From Candidatus Nanohaloarchaea archaeon (lineage in GTDB: Archaea > Nanohalarchaeota > Nanosalinia > Nanosalinales > Nanosalinaceae), in assembly GCA_042218425.1 (NCBI GenBank), contig JBDGRD010000033.1, positions 1-46,866 on the forward strand: 46,866 nt of DNA, given 5' to 3'. This document shows positions 34,966 through 44,726 of this stretch, piece by piece. The position numbers were made by a program, and so were the translations under genes. The notes under the pieces are model-generated. The model was given only the letters and a program-made list of their open reading frames with translations. It was not told the DNA's origin and did not search any database. Within the stretch, counting starts at the first letter, position 1; each line of letters opens with the position of its first letter.

Positions 34966-35700
34966 TCAGCCGAACCTCACGATGCCGGTTGCCAGCAGCA
35001 ACAGCACCCATCCGAGGAATACCATGAGGATGCCCGCACCCATTCTCATCTTGGCCTTGTTCATGTGCTTCCACTGCTTCATGTCCTGGACCTTGTACGA
35101 GCCGAGGTAGGACAGCACCACTATCACGATGAGAGGCATCACGAATATCAGGTTGTAGACCGCCATCAGGCCGTAAGCCGCCAGCGTTATTCCTGTTGCG
35201 GCTGTCTGCTGCGAGATTACGGTCAGTATCGCGAGGTACGGTCCTCCTGTGCAGGGAAGCTCGACCGCGGCCACGAAGAAACCGAGGACTATGGCGGCCG
35301 GGATGGTCAGGTTGTTCATCTTGTCAGCGATTTTCTCCGCGTACTGCTCGGGTATCATGAGGGACGTACCGGCGCCGTACCAGAAGAAGTCCTTTATCTC
35401 TATCAACCCGCCGGCTATCACTATCAGTGCGACAGACGTGGTTATGTAGTTCGCCACCTGCGTCGGCAGGTTGGTCAGGAAGTGCAGTATCCCGATACCC
35501 GCGCCGAAGTACGTCAGGTAGACCGCGGCTATGTATATCATGCCGACTTTCAGTATATCCTGTCTGCGGTCCTGCTTCACCATGGTCGCCACGAGAAGCA
35601 GGGCAACACCGATGGCGCACGGATTCACAGAGTCGACCGCTGCCGTCACAAGTACGACGCCGAGTGTAGGTAGTGTTGCTTCAACCACTGTATCCTTCAC
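34966..35700 (-). CDS. ccdA: CcdA/DsbD-family transmembrane thiol:disulfide electron transporter
   Basis: The two family PC motifs are present (DSVNPCAIG and VELPCTGGPYLA), with about 6 TM segments. GTG start. Confidence 0.85.
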   Translation of the reverse strand: MKDTVVEATLPTLGVVLVTAAVDSVNPCAIGVALLLVATMVKQDRRQDILKVGMIYIAAVYLTYFGAGIGILHFLTNLPTQVANYITTSVALIVIAGGLIEIKDFFWYGAGTSLMIPEQYAEKIADKMNNLTIPAAIVLGFFVAAVELPCTGGPYLAILTVISQQTAATGITLAAYGLMAVYNLIFVMPLIVIVVLSYLGSYKVQDMKQWKHMNKAKMRMGAGILMVFLGWVLLLLATGIVRFG

Positions 35701-36574
35701 CCGATTTCAGAAGTCCGAATCCCCTGTACTTGCTGTCGTCCCTGAGGTCTTCAAGCGCCTCGTGTGGGGTCCGGGAGTCGTATACTATGAATATATCGTC
35801 GAGGTTTGGTCCCTGCGTGTAGGGAGATATGACGTAGTCCATGGGAGTCTTCGCCTTCACTCCGTCAAAGGATTCGCAGAGCTCTCCCTTCGGAGCCTCC
35901 TCTCCTATCATGCACCAGTGCCGCGCATCCACCGTGCCGCGGTGGACAAGTATCTTCAGGCTCCTGTTGCCGTCTTCACTTACTTCGACCACGCCGTCGT
36001 TTGTCGGGTAGACGAGTTTTTCGTTGGTCAGGTTGCCGCCGAAGGTCTCGAAGAACGACGCGAGTGACGCATCCTCCCGGGTCTTGAAAGTTCCCTCCAG
36101 GTGGATGCGGTTGTCGTTGTGCTCGTGGTACTCTGTGCTGCCGGTCCTGTCGTTTATCTGGCACATGTAGCTCGCCTCGTGCCGGGTGTCCTCGCAGAAG
36201 ACTTCGGGGTCCGCGAGGTTGAGGCGCTGTAGCTCCCCGTTCTGTTCGACGAGCACCTCAAAGTCGGCGTGCCAGTGGATCTCGCCCCCGCTCCAGGAGG
36301 TCTGGCTGGCGTGCATGAAGGCGCCCGCCGCGAAAAAGCTCGGCACAAGTACGGTTACGAGGAACCCGTTCATCAGCAGGTTCTTGGCTCTCAGGTTAAG
36401 GTCTTCCTCGTGGTAGAAGGAGAGAGCAGCCAGCACAAGTGTCGTGACCGCGCCCAGCTGCATCAGCGGCATGACGTACTGGATGAAATCGGTGTCCGGG
36501 AAGTAGATCACAGCCGCTGCTGTCGCGACTACTGCTGCCGCGAATATGTACAGTATCCTGCGAATCACGTTCAT
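35681..36574 (-). CDS. membrane-anchored extracytoplasmic protein with His-rich motifs and two Cys pairs
   Basis: Three N-terminal TM segments are followed by a soluble domain with HWHADFEV, YHEHNDNRIHLEG, FCEDTRHEASYMC and HWCMIGEEAPKGELC. It overlaps the ccdA start by 20 nt. Confidence 0.65.
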   Translation of the reverse strand: MNVIRRILYIFAAAVVATAAAVIYFPDTDFIQYVMPLMQLGAVTTLVLAALSFYHEEDLNLRAKNLLMNGFLVTVLVPSFFAAGAFMHASQTSWSGGEIHWHADFEVLVEQNGELQRLNLADPEVFCEDTRHEASYMCQINDRTGSTEYHEHNDNRIHLEGTFKTREDASLASFFETFGGNLTNEKLVYPTNDGVVEVSEDGNRSLKILVHRGTVDARHWCMIGEEAPKGELCESFDGVKAKTPMDYVISPYTQGPNLDDIFIVYDSRTPHEALEDLRDDSKYRGFGLLKSGEGYSG

Positions 36575-36584
36575 CTTGCTTCAC

Positions 36585-36767
36585 TCAGCAGAACTGGCAT
36601 ACTTCTTCTTTGTCGTCCGGCTTCTCCTCGTCCTCGTAGTGCTCTCTGCACTCCTCGCAGCAGAACACTTTGCCGTCTTCCTTTAGTGCGTCGTCTCCGA
36701 CTTCTTTGCCGCAGACGTAGCACTCGTTGTCGCCGCTGCTCAAAAGACCCATAGTAGAATCTTCCAA
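36585..36767 (-). CDS. Cys-rich small metal-binding protein (TRASH/zinc-ribbon-like)
   Basis: 60 aa with the Cys pattern CxxC-x15-CCxxC-x19-CxxC. The tail is acidic. Confidence 0.6.
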   Translation of the reverse strand: MEDSTMGLLSSGDNECYVCGKEVGDDALKEDGKVFCCEECREHYEDEEKPDDKEEVCQFC

Positions 36768-36792
36768 CAGCTTGTTATTAAAGCTGTCGAGT

Positions 36793-39468
36793 TCACTCGA
36801 ACAGGCGGTCGAACACCCAGGTCATACCGAACGCCAGTCCCGAGAAGGCGGCCACAGCCGCAGCCATCCAGAGCCAGCCCTGGACGCCTACCGCTGCCAG
36901 CCCGAACAGTACTTTAAGCGGGGTGTAGAGCACCAGGAGTTGCAGTAGCAGGGAGGTGACGAGGGCGGCGACCAGCCACTTATTGGAGAGTAGAGACTGA
37001 TGGTACCTCTGCCGGATTATCTGTATCCGGACCATCTCCACAAGCACAAGGAAGGTGAACAGCAGTGTCTGGGCGTAGACCAGGCTCTTGCCCTGGCCGA
37101 TGGCGTAGTAGAAAAGCGGGAGCCCTGTGGCGGCCATAAGTATGCCTATGCCGAGGATGGAGGTTATCATCCTCCTGTTTATGACCGGTTCGTCCTCTCC
37201 TCTCGGCGGCCGCTTCATTATGCCGTCCTCCTTGGGGTCGGTGCCCAAGGCTAGCGCCGGCAGTCCGTCGGTCACGAGGTTTATCCAGAGAAGCATTATC
37301 GGCGTCAGTATCAGCGCCTCCTTGCCGCTGCTGAATATCTCTGGGAAGAAGAAGCTTCCGAGTAGCACGCCGAAGAAGACGGTCAGTACCTCTCCCGCGT
37401 TGGCGCTCAGCAGGTAGTTGACGAACTTCCGGATGTTGTCGAATATACCTCTGCCCTCGGCTATGGAGTCACGTATAGTAACGAAGTTGTCGTCCTGGAG
37501 CACCATGTCCGAACTCTGCTTTGAAACATCGGTACCCCGGACGCCCATCGCCACTCCGACATCCGAGTTCTTCAGTGCCGGTGCGTCGTTCACTCCATCA
37601 CCGGTCATCGCGACGTTGTGGCCGTTCTCCTGCAGCGCCTTCAGTATATCCACCTTGTGCTCCGGCGATACCCGTGCGAACACTTCGACGTCCTCCACCC
37701 GTTCGTGGAGTTCCTCGCCGGAGAGCTGGTCTATCTCGCTCCCGGTCATCGCGCCATCCGGGTCGAAACCTATCTCTTTGCCTATGGCCTTGGCGGTCTC
37801 GAGGTTGTCCCCGGTCGCCATGACAACTCTTATGCCAGCGGAGCGGCAATCCTCTATAGCCTCCTTGACTTCTTCTCTCGGAGGGTCTATCATCCCCTGG
37901 AGACCCAGGAATATCATGCCGGATTCGATTTTTTCAGCGGCTGCATCGGCGTCAGCCACTTCTTTCCTCGCGAAACCGAGGACACGCAGCGCATCCGATG
38001 CGAACTCACGGTTCTTGTCGAGTATCTCTTTCCTCAACTCTTCGTCCAGCTCCCTGACCTCGCCGTCCATGAGTATGCGGTCGCAGCGCTCCAGAACGAC
38101 TTCGGGCGCACCCTTCATGTAGGCGTTCATGTCCTTGGTTATGACTGTCATCCGCTTCCTGTCCGACGAGAAAGGGATGCTGTCAAGGTCGTCGACCTCC
38201 TGTCTGAGGCCGGCTTTCCTTGCGGAGACCAGCAAGGCGATCTCTGTCGGGTCGCCGTAAAAGTCTTTGTCCTCGTTGCCCGGGGCTTCCTCGGCGTTGT
38301 TGCATATCAAACCGCATTCAAGCAGTGGCTCCAGGTAGTCCGTATCGGTCTCGTGGCCGTCTTTCATGAACTTGCCTTCTACCTCGGTGCCCGTCCCTGT
38401 GACCTCGAACTCTTCTCCTGAGAAATAGAGTTTTTCGACTGTCATGGTGTCCTCTGTGAGGGTCCCGGTCTTGTCCGTGACGATGACGTTTACGGAGCCG
38501 AGCGATTCCACGACCGGGAGACGGCGTATGAGAGCGTCCTTCTTAAGCATCTTCTTGGAACCGAGTGCGAGTGTCAGGGTGACGACCGCCGGCAATCCTT
38601 CGGGCACGGCGGCGACCGCCAGCGTGATGGCTGTCAGCAATACTGTTATCGCACCGGCTGTAGTAAAACCGAACTGTATGGCTGCTATCGCCGCTATCAC
38701 ACCCATTATGCCGTAGCCTATCTGTCTGCCCAGGGTGTCGACCTCTTTCTGGAAAGGCGTCTTCTTGTCCCCGGCCTCGGATATCTCTGTCGCGATGTCT
38801 CCGACCTGGGTCTGCATCCCGGTCTCGACCACGACAGCCTTGCCGCGGCCCTTGACGACGTTGGTGTTCATGAACACCATGTCGGTGCGCTCGGCAAGCG
38901 CCGCTTCCTTTCCCACGGCTTCGACCGATTTGGCGACCGACTGGCTCTCTCCTGTGAGCGCGGATTCATCGGTCTCCAGGCTGTTCTCGTCTATGATCCG
39001 GGCGTCCGCAGGAACCGAATCGCCCTGTTCAAGAAAGATTATGTCGCCCGGCACGACCGCGGCGGAGTCTATCTCCCGTTTCTTCCCGTCCCTGAGGACT
39101 GTCGTGTTCGGCGTTGACATGTCTTTCAGCGCCTCTATGGATTTCTCTGCCTTGTAGTCCTGGACGAAACCGAAGACCCCGTTCGCGAAAAGTATGGTGA
39201 AGATGAGCGCGGCGTCAACGTACTCCGGGCTATGGCCTGGCAGGAGTCCGACCCCGAGAGACAGGAGCGCGGCCAGGACGAGAAGGTATATCAGGAAGTC
39301 GTTGAACTGGGAGAGAAATATACGGACAGGATGTATCTCGTTCTCGTCTTTTATCTCGTTGGACCCGTTTTCCTCCAGTCTTCTACCGGCCTCCCTGGAG
39401 TCTAGTCCTGACTCGTCGGTGTCGAGCTCATCGTAGACCTCTTCCGGCGAGCTACTGTGCCAGTCCAT
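36793..39468 (-). CDS. P2-type cation-transporting P-type ATPase (Ca2+-ATPase-like)
   Basis: [33 protein letters not shown] and [11 protein letters not shown] are present. It has about 10 TM segments and a cation-ATPase N-terminal domain. Confidence 0.93.
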   Translation of the reverse strand: MDWHSSSPEEVYDELDTDESGLDSREAGRRLEENGSNEIKDENEIHPVRIFLSQFNDFLIYLLVLAALLSLGVGLLPGHSPEYVDAALIFTILFANGVFGFVQDYKAEKSIEALKDMSTPNTTVLRDGKKREIDSAAVVPGDIIFLEQGDSVPADARIIDENSLETDESALTGESQSVAKSVEAVGKEAALAERTDMVFMNTNVVKGRGKAVVVETGMQTQVGDIATEISEAGDKKTPFQKEVDTLGRQIGYGIMGVIAAIAAIQFGFTTAGAITVLLTAITLAVAAVPEGLPAVVTLTLALGSKKMLKKDALIRRLPVVESLGSVNVIVTDKTGTLTEDTMTVEKLYFSGEEFEVTGTGTEVEGKFMKDGHETDTDYLEPLLECGLICNNAEEAPGNEDKDFYGDPTEIALLVSARKAGLRQEVDDLDSIPFSSDRKRMTVITKDMNAYMKGAPEVVLERCDRILMDGEVRELDEELRKEILDKNREFASDALRVLGFARKEVADADAAAEKIESGMIFLGLQGMIDPPREEVKEAIEDCRSAGIRVVMATGDNLETAKAIGKEIGFDPDGAMTGSEIDQLSGEELHERVEDVEVFARVSPEHKVDILKALQENGHNVAMTGDGVNDAPALKNSDVGVAMGVRGTDVSKQSSDMVLQDDNFVTIRDSIAEGRGIFDNIRKFVNYLLSANAGEVLTVFFGVLLGSFFFPEIFSSGKEALILTPIMLLWINLVTDGLPALALGTDPKEDGIMKRPPRGEDEPVINRRMITSILGIGILMAATGLPLFYYAIGQGKSLVYAQTLLFTFLVLVEMVRIQIIRQRYHQSLLSNKWLVAALVTSLLLQLLVLYTPLKVLFGLAAVGVQGWLWMAAAVAAFSGLAFGMTWVFDRLFE

Positions 39469-39510
39469 AACGGAGAACTTTGTAAAGGCGGTTTAAAGAG
39501 ATTCCAGTTT

Positions 39511-40923
39511 CTAGTCGTGCACCGACCTGTCCTTGGCGTCCTCGCACGCCTCGCCCAGGGCCTCTGGGAACGTCGGATGGGCGTGTATGGTGTTCGCGAC
39601 ATCGTCGAGGTACGCCTGTAGTTCAAGGGCGAGCGTGGCCTCGGCTATCATGTCAGAGGCTCGCGGTCCAACTATCTGGACACCCAGGAGCTTTTCCTCA
39701 GGGGACGCCACCACGCGGACGAAGCCGTCGCTGTGGTTGGTGGTCAGCGCCCGCCCCGATGCCGAGAACGGGAACCTTCCGACCATGACGTCCTCTCCAT
39801 GCTCCTCTCTGGCTTCTTCGGGGGTCTTGCCGACGACCGCTATCTCTGGGTCGGTGTAGATGACCTTGGGTATGTACTGGTTGTCGAACGCCGCTGATCC
39901 TCCTGCCGCGACTTCGGCGGCGACCTTTCCTTCGCGGTATGCCTTGTGGGCGAGCATAGGGTTCCCGACAGCATCACCTATGGCGAATATGCTGTCGTCC
40001 GTCGTTTTCATCCTGCTGTCGACGTCTATGAAGCCGTCCTCATCCAGCTCGACTTCCGTGTTCTCCAGGCTCAGCTCTTCAAGTATCGGTCCGGGTGACC
40101 GGCCCACCGCGACCAGCACGTAGTCGCCTTCGACTTCAATCTCTTCGCCTTCCTGTTCGGCGATAACAACCGCCTTGTCGTCCTCGTACCGGATATCCTT
40201 TGCCTCCGCGGACGTGTATATCTCGTCGTCGTAGCACGCGCTCACTTCCTGTATCTCGTCGACCAGATCCTTGTCGAAACCGCCGAGAACCCGGTCACGG
40301 GCCTCCAGGACTTTTACCGTGGAGCCGAACTTGCAGAACTTGGTGACGGCCTCCATCCCGATGTAGCCACCTCCGACCACGACTATCTCGTCCGGCACTT
40401 CTTCAAGCTCCAGGAGCTCGCGGGAGGAGATGACCTTGTCCCTGTCGAACTCGAGACCTGGTATCTCTATGGGCTGGGAACCGGTCGCGATGATTGCGCT
40501 GTCGAATTCGACGTTCTCTGCGTTGTGCTCTTCCTCCACTCTTACGGTGTTGGAGTCTATGAACCGGGCTTTTCCCTTCATCACCTCGACACCGTGCTTC
40601 TCCAGCAGTCCTTCCACTCCGCTGGTGAGCTGCTCGCGGACCGAGTCTTTCCATTCCTGTATCTCCTGGAAGTCGACCTCGAGGTTGTCGGTGTGGATGC
40701 CGATCTCTTCCCAGTGCTGTATGTCCTCCTGGAAACCTGCGGCGTGTATCAAAGCCTTCGCGGGGATGCAACCGTGGTTCAGGCAGACCCCGCCGACCTC
40801 TTCCTTGTCAACGAGTACGACGTCCAGTCCTTCCTGAGCCGCCCGTATAGCGGCGGTGTACCCGCCCGGTCCTGCACCGATGACGACCAGGTCCGTGCCG
40901 GTGGATATGTCGCCTACTACCAT
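39511..40923 (-). CDS. lpdA: dihydrolipoamide dehydrogenase (E3)
   Basis: GAGPGGY is present. The redox disulfide is CLNHGCIPAK. A second Rossmann GGGYIG and a C-terminal HAHPT are present. Confidence 0.95.
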   Translation of the reverse strand: MVVGDISTGTDLVVIGAGPGGYTAAIRAAQEGLDVVLVDKEEVGGVCLNHGCIPAKALIHAAGFQEDIQHWEEIGIHTDNLEVDFQEIQEWKDSVREQLTSGVEGLLEKHGVEVMKGKARFIDSNTVRVEEEHNAENVEFDSAIIATGSQPIEIPGLEFDRDKVISSRELLELEEVPDEIVVVGGGYIGMEAVTKFCKFGSTVKVLEARDRVLGGFDKDLVDEIQEVSACYDDEIYTSAEAKDIRYEDDKAVVIAEQEGEEIEVEGDYVLVAVGRSPGPILEELSLENTEVELDEDGFIDVDSRMKTTDDSIFAIGDAVGNPMLAHKAYREGKVAAEVAAGGSAAFDNQYIPKVIYTDPEIAVVGKTPEEAREEHGEDVMVGRFPFSASGRALTTNHSDGFVRVVASPEEKLLGVQIVGPRASDMIAEATLALELQAYLDDVANTIHAHPTFPEALGEACEDAKDRSVHD

Positions 40924-40925
40924 TT

Positions 40926-42422
40926 TTACAGCTCTATGAGCATCTCTTCAGGGTTTTCAAGATTTTCCACGACTTCGTTCATGAACCTTGCGGCGTCCGC
41001 ACCGTCTATGACGCGGTGGTCGTAGCTGAGCGACAGCTTTACAGTGTGCCGGGGCGTTACTTCGCCGTCAACGACCTCCGCGGTCTCGGATATCCGTCCG
41101 ACTCCAAGTATGGCGACTTGCGGCGGATTTATGATGGGGGTGAACTCTTCCCCTCCTATGACGCCCTGGTTGGTTATGGAGAACGTCCCGGGCCGCATCT
41201 CGTCGGCCCTGATATCTCCGTTTCTCGTCTTCTCAACTTTTTCCTCTATACTTGATGCGAGTTCAACAATGCTTTTTTCACCGACTTCTTCCACCAGCGG
41301 CACCATAAGTCCGCGCTCGGTGTCAACCGCGATGTTGAAGTCGTAGTAGTTCTTCAGCACTATCTCCTCGTTCTCGGCGTCCAGCTCCGCGTTCAGCCGC
41401 GGATGGTTCTCCATCGCGCTCCTGACCGCTTCCATGATGAACGGCAGGTAGGTGAGATGCGGTTCGACCTTGTCCTTCAGTCTTTCCCGGAGGTCGACCA
41501 GGTTCGTGACATCCGCCTTCTCTACGTGGGTGACGTGAGGTACGTTCAGACGCGACTCCTCCATCTTGTCGGCGACCGCCTTCCGGACACCACTCATCTT
41601 GATCCGCTCGACTTCCTCCTTCTCTGTCTGTTCTGAGGTGCTGGTTGCCGGGCTTCTGTCGCGTTTTTCCTGGCCGCTGCCCGAAGCCTCTAGAACATCG
41701 TCTCTCGTTATCTTGCCGCCTCTGCCGGAACCCTCGATTTCTGCAAGGTCGACTCCTTTCTCCCTCGCAAGCTTTCTCGTGGAGGGGGTCGCATCGACGT
41801 CCTCGGGTGTACCGGGGGTCTCCTGTTCGGATGCTTCCTCCATGGCTTCCTCTTCAGGGTCCGGTTCGGGCTGCTCTTTTTCGGCGCTTCCCTCTCCGGC
41901 CGCGGCCCTGACATCTTCTTCCGTCACGCGACCTTCTGGACCGCTCCCGCTGACCTTCCCGATGTCGACTCCTTTCTCCTCTGCGAGCTTTCTTGCCTTC
42001 GGAAGCGCCAGAACGTCGGAATCAGGCGCGCCCGTGGTTTCGGGTTCTTCTTTCCCGTTTTCTTCAACGGTTTCCTCCTCGGGTTCGGCCGGGGGTTCAT
42101 CCCCTGCTTCGTCGGTCTCTGGTTCATCGGCTACGGATTCCTCCTCTTCGTCTGCTTCTTCTTTTCCTGTTTCTCCGTCGCCGGTTTCAAGTATCATTAT
42201 CACCTCGCCGACTTTCACCGTGTCGCCGGGTTCTGCTTTCAGCGCATTCACTGTCCCGGACTTCGGCGCCGGAACATCGACCACCGCCTTGTCGGTCTCG
42301 ACCTCTGCGACGGTCTGGTCCTCGTCGACTTCTTCGCCTTCTTCCACGAGCCATTCAAGAAAAGTTCCTTCTGTGACGCCCTCCCCGGTGTCAGGGAACT
42401 CGAACTCCAGCAAACTTATCAC
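40926..42422 (-). CDS. dihydrolipoamide acyltransferase (E2) with one lipoyl domain and two E3/E1-binding (PSBD) domains
   Basis: The lipoyl motif is VETDKAVVDVPAP. The PSBD-like segments are LPKARKLAEEKGVDIGKVSGSGPEGRVTEEDV and TPSTRKLAREKGVDLAEIEGSGRGGKITRDDV. The catalytic motif is SYDHRVIDGA. Confidence 0.93.
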   Translation of the reverse strand: MISLLEFEFPDTGEGVTEGTFLEWLVEEGEEVDEDQTVAEVETDKAVVDVPAPKSGTVNALKAEPGDTVKVGEVIMILETGDGETGKEEADEEEESVADEPETDEAGDEPPAEPEEETVEENGKEEPETTGAPDSDVLALPKARKLAEEKGVDIGKVSGSGPEGRVTEEDVRAAAGEGSAEKEQPEPDPEEEAMEEASEQETPGTPEDVDATPSTRKLAREKGVDLAEIEGSGRGGKITRDDVLEASGSGQEKRDRSPATSTSEQTEKEEVERIKMSGVRKAVADKMEESRLNVPHVTHVEKADVTNLVDLRERLKDKVEPHLTYLPFIMEAVRSAMENHPRLNAELDAENEEIVLKNYYDFNIAVDTERGLMVPLVEEVGEKSIVELASSIEEKVEKTRNGDIRADEMRPGTFSITNQGVIGGEEFTPIINPPQVAILGVGRISETAEVVDGEVTPRHTVKLSLSYDHRVIDGADAARFMNEVVENLENPEEMLIEL

Positions 42423-42484
42423 CTCAGATTCTGCCGAATCTGATTCGAGCAGATAAATCTCATTTTCCTGCGACGCGAAGTTTG

Positions 42485-42588
42485 ATCACGCGAAAATCTT
42501 CTGGATTTTCTTGGGTCCAGAAGACCTTCGGTCTTCGAACGCGGGAACGCGTTACACTGGCTCTCCAGCGTCCTTCGGGATATGGTTT
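42485..42588 (+). ncRNA. candidate small structured RNA on the strand opposite the dehydrogenase operon
   Basis: - A TATA-like ataaatct lies at 42452-42459.
- Four hairpins follow: 42491-42509; 42519-42535 with a C(UUCG)G loop; 42537-42552 with a GGAA loop; and about 42569-42580 with a UUCG loop.
- A T4 run lies at 42585-42588.
- The ends are estimates. Confidence 0.3.
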
Positions 42589-42600
42589 TAGAACTCATGC

Positions 42601-43569
42601 TCAGAACTCCAGCAGTTCGTCCAGGCCTTTTTTGACACGTTTTTTGCCGGGCATGTAGTGCTTCTCCAGGTTGTATAGCGGGTATGGAACATCCGGGCTT
42701 GTAACACGCTTGACCGGTGCCTCCATCTTGAGTATCTCGTTCTCCTGGATGCGGGTCGCTACCTCCGCTCCGAAGCCAGCGGTCTTCGGTGCCTCGTGGA
42801 CCACCATAGCTCTCCCGGTCTTCTCGATGGATTCGTAGACAGGTTCGAAGTCTGTCGGGTATATAGTCCTTAGGTCGATGATTTCTAGCGAGGCATCCGC
42901 CTCTTCTGCCACTTCTTTCACGAGCGGTATCATGGCCCCCCACGCAACTACTGTGGCGTCGTCTCCCTCCTGTACGACGCGGGATTTCTCAAGTTCGACT
43001 TCTTTGTCGCGGTCGACTTCTTCCTTGAACGCCCGGTAGATCTTCTTCGGCTCGAGGAACACGACAGGGTCGTCGAGCTGGATGGAGCTTCTAAGCAGCG
43101 AGTAAGTGTCCTGCGGGTTACTGGGTATCACGACGTGGAGCCCCTGGGCGTGCGAGTAAAACGCTTCAGGGGATTCCTGGTGGTGCTCCAGCGCCTGTAT
43201 GCCGCCGCCGTAAGGTGCGCGGACTGTAAGAGGTACTTCTCGCTCCCCTCTTGAACGCATCCTGAACCTTGCTGCGTGCTCTTTTATCTGGTGGAACGCC
43301 AGGTACGAGAAGCCGGAGAACTGCATCTCCACGACCGGTCGGAAGCCGTAGAGCGACATCCCGATGGCGGTCCCGGCGATGCCGGATTCTGCGAGCGGCG
43401 AAGAGAAGCATCTTTCGCGACCGAAATCTTCCTGGAGTTCTTTTGTGGCGCGGAATACTCCGCCGTCCTCGCCGACATCCTCTCCGTACACTATCACGTC
43501 TTCATCGGCTTCCATCTCGTCGTGGAGGGCCGCGTTGACGGCCTCCACCAGGTTCATCTCCTCTGTCAT
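42601..43569 (-). CDS. 2-oxoacid (pyruvate-type) dehydrogenase E1 component beta subunit
   Basis: MNLVEAVNAALHDEM.., GEDVG..GGVFR and the transketolase-like C-terminal domain are present. It overlaps the E1alpha stop. Confidence 0.93.
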   Translation of the reverse strand: MTEEMNLVEAVNAALHDEMEADEDVIVYGEDVGEDGGVFRATKELQEDFGRERCFSSPLAESGIAGTAIGMSLYGFRPVVEMQFSGFSYLAFHQIKEHAARFRMRSRGEREVPLTVRAPYGGGIQALEHHQESPEAFYSHAQGLHVVIPSNPQDTYSLLRSSIQLDDPVVFLEPKKIYRAFKEEVDRDKEVELEKSRVVQEGDDATVVAWGAMIPLVKEVAEEADASLEIIDLRTIYPTDFEPVYESIEKTGRAMVVHEAPKTAGFGAEVATRIQENEILKMEAPVKRVTSPDVPYPLYNLEKHYMPGKKRVKKGLDELLEF

Positions 43570-44621
43570 TCGGCGTCACCCCTGTCTGGCCTGAAATGTT
43601 CTTTTTCCTCTTTCAGTATATCCGGGAGATCCTTGTACACGTAGTCAAACAGCTCGTCGAACTCGGGTTCTTCGATCTCAAGCGCGCTCTCCGCGGCCTC
43701 CTGTATCTCCTGTTCAGCTTCTTCGCCGTAGTTCTCGAGTTCTTCGTCCCACATGTCGTGTTCCTGGAGGAACTCCCGGAACCGCTTGATAGGGTCTTTT
43801 TCCTTCCATTCCTCGACCTCTTCCTCATCCCTGTACCGGGTCGAGTCGTCGCTTGTGGTGTGGTCCTCCAGTCGGTACGTGACAGCCTCTACAAGTACGG
43901 GCGAGCCGTTTCGTGCCTTGTCGACGGCCTCTCTGACCGCCTTTATCATGGCGAGAACATCGTTGCCGTCTACCTGGATACCCTCGATACCGTACGCGAT
44001 GGCTTTCTGCGCTATGGTGTCGCTCCTGGTCTGCCGCTCCACCGGGAGGGATATGGCGAACTGGTTGTTCTGTACTATGAATACTGAATGGGCATCGAAT
44101 ACTCCTGCGAAGTTGAGAGCCTCGTGGAAGTCTCCTTCACTGGTTGAACCATCGCCGGTGAATCCGACAACCGCGATATCGTCTCCGCGTTTCTCCATCG
44201 CCATCCCTATGCCGGCGGTGTGAAGGTTCTGTGTCCCGACCGGTATCGCGACAGGAAGGTCGTTACCGAGACCTGACTGGCCTCGTGCATCTCCCATCCA
44301 TCTCTGGAAAAGCTTTTCCAGAGGCGCGTCTCTCGCGATGAAAGCCGCAGTCTCCCTGAACGAGGGAACCATCCAGTCATCGTCTTCTATAGCGAACATC
44401 GCGCCTATCTGCGCCGCCTCCTGTCCTTTATGCGGCGCGTAGGTGGATATCTCTCCCCGTCTCTGGAGCGAGAAAGCCTTCTCGTCGAACTTCCTGGCGA
44501 GCACCATCTGTTTATAGAGCTCCCGGAACTCTTTCTCTTCTAGGTCGGGTATGTCTTCATCGTTATCCGAATCCAGTACTTCTATCCTCTCGATAGAACT
44601 GGAATAAACCTCCTCGCGCAT
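43566..44621 (-). CDS. 2-oxoacid (pyruvate-type) dehydrogenase E1 component alpha subunit (TPP-binding)
   Basis: The TPP motif is GDGSTSEGDFHEALNFAGV..VQNNQFAIS. Confidence 0.93.
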   Translation of the reverse strand: MREEVYSSSIERIEVLDSDNDEDIPDLEEKEFRELYKQMVLARKFDEKAFSLQRRGEISTYAPHKGQEAAQIGAMFAIEDDDWMVPSFRETAAFIARDAPLEKLFQRWMGDARGQSGLGNDLPVAIPVGTQNLHTAGIGMAMEKRGDDIAVVGFTGDGSTSEGDFHEALNFAGVFDAHSVFIVQNNQFAISLPVERQTRSDTIAQKAIAYGIEGIQVDGNDVLAMIKAVREAVDKARNGSPVLVEAVTYRLEDHTTSDDSTRYRDEEEVEEWKEKDPIKRFREFLQEHDMWDEELENYGEEAEQEIQEAAESALEIEEPEFDELFDYVYKDLPDILKEEKEHFRPDRGDAE

Positions 44622-44726
44622 TAATTATTGAAAGGCCTCGGCTGAAATATAAAGGATGGTTTGCGACCTTGCGGTAGCTTCAGGGTCTCCGGTAGCTATT
44701 AATCCCGGCGTCAGGAAAACACGTAC

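Noticed and set aside
42460-42490. Box C/D sRNA in the E1beta-E2 spacer, based on UGAUCA plus CUGA motifs.
   Set aside because: The C-box has a mismatch at a conserved position. There is no terminal stem or C'/D' pair, and the motif spacing does not fit on either strand.
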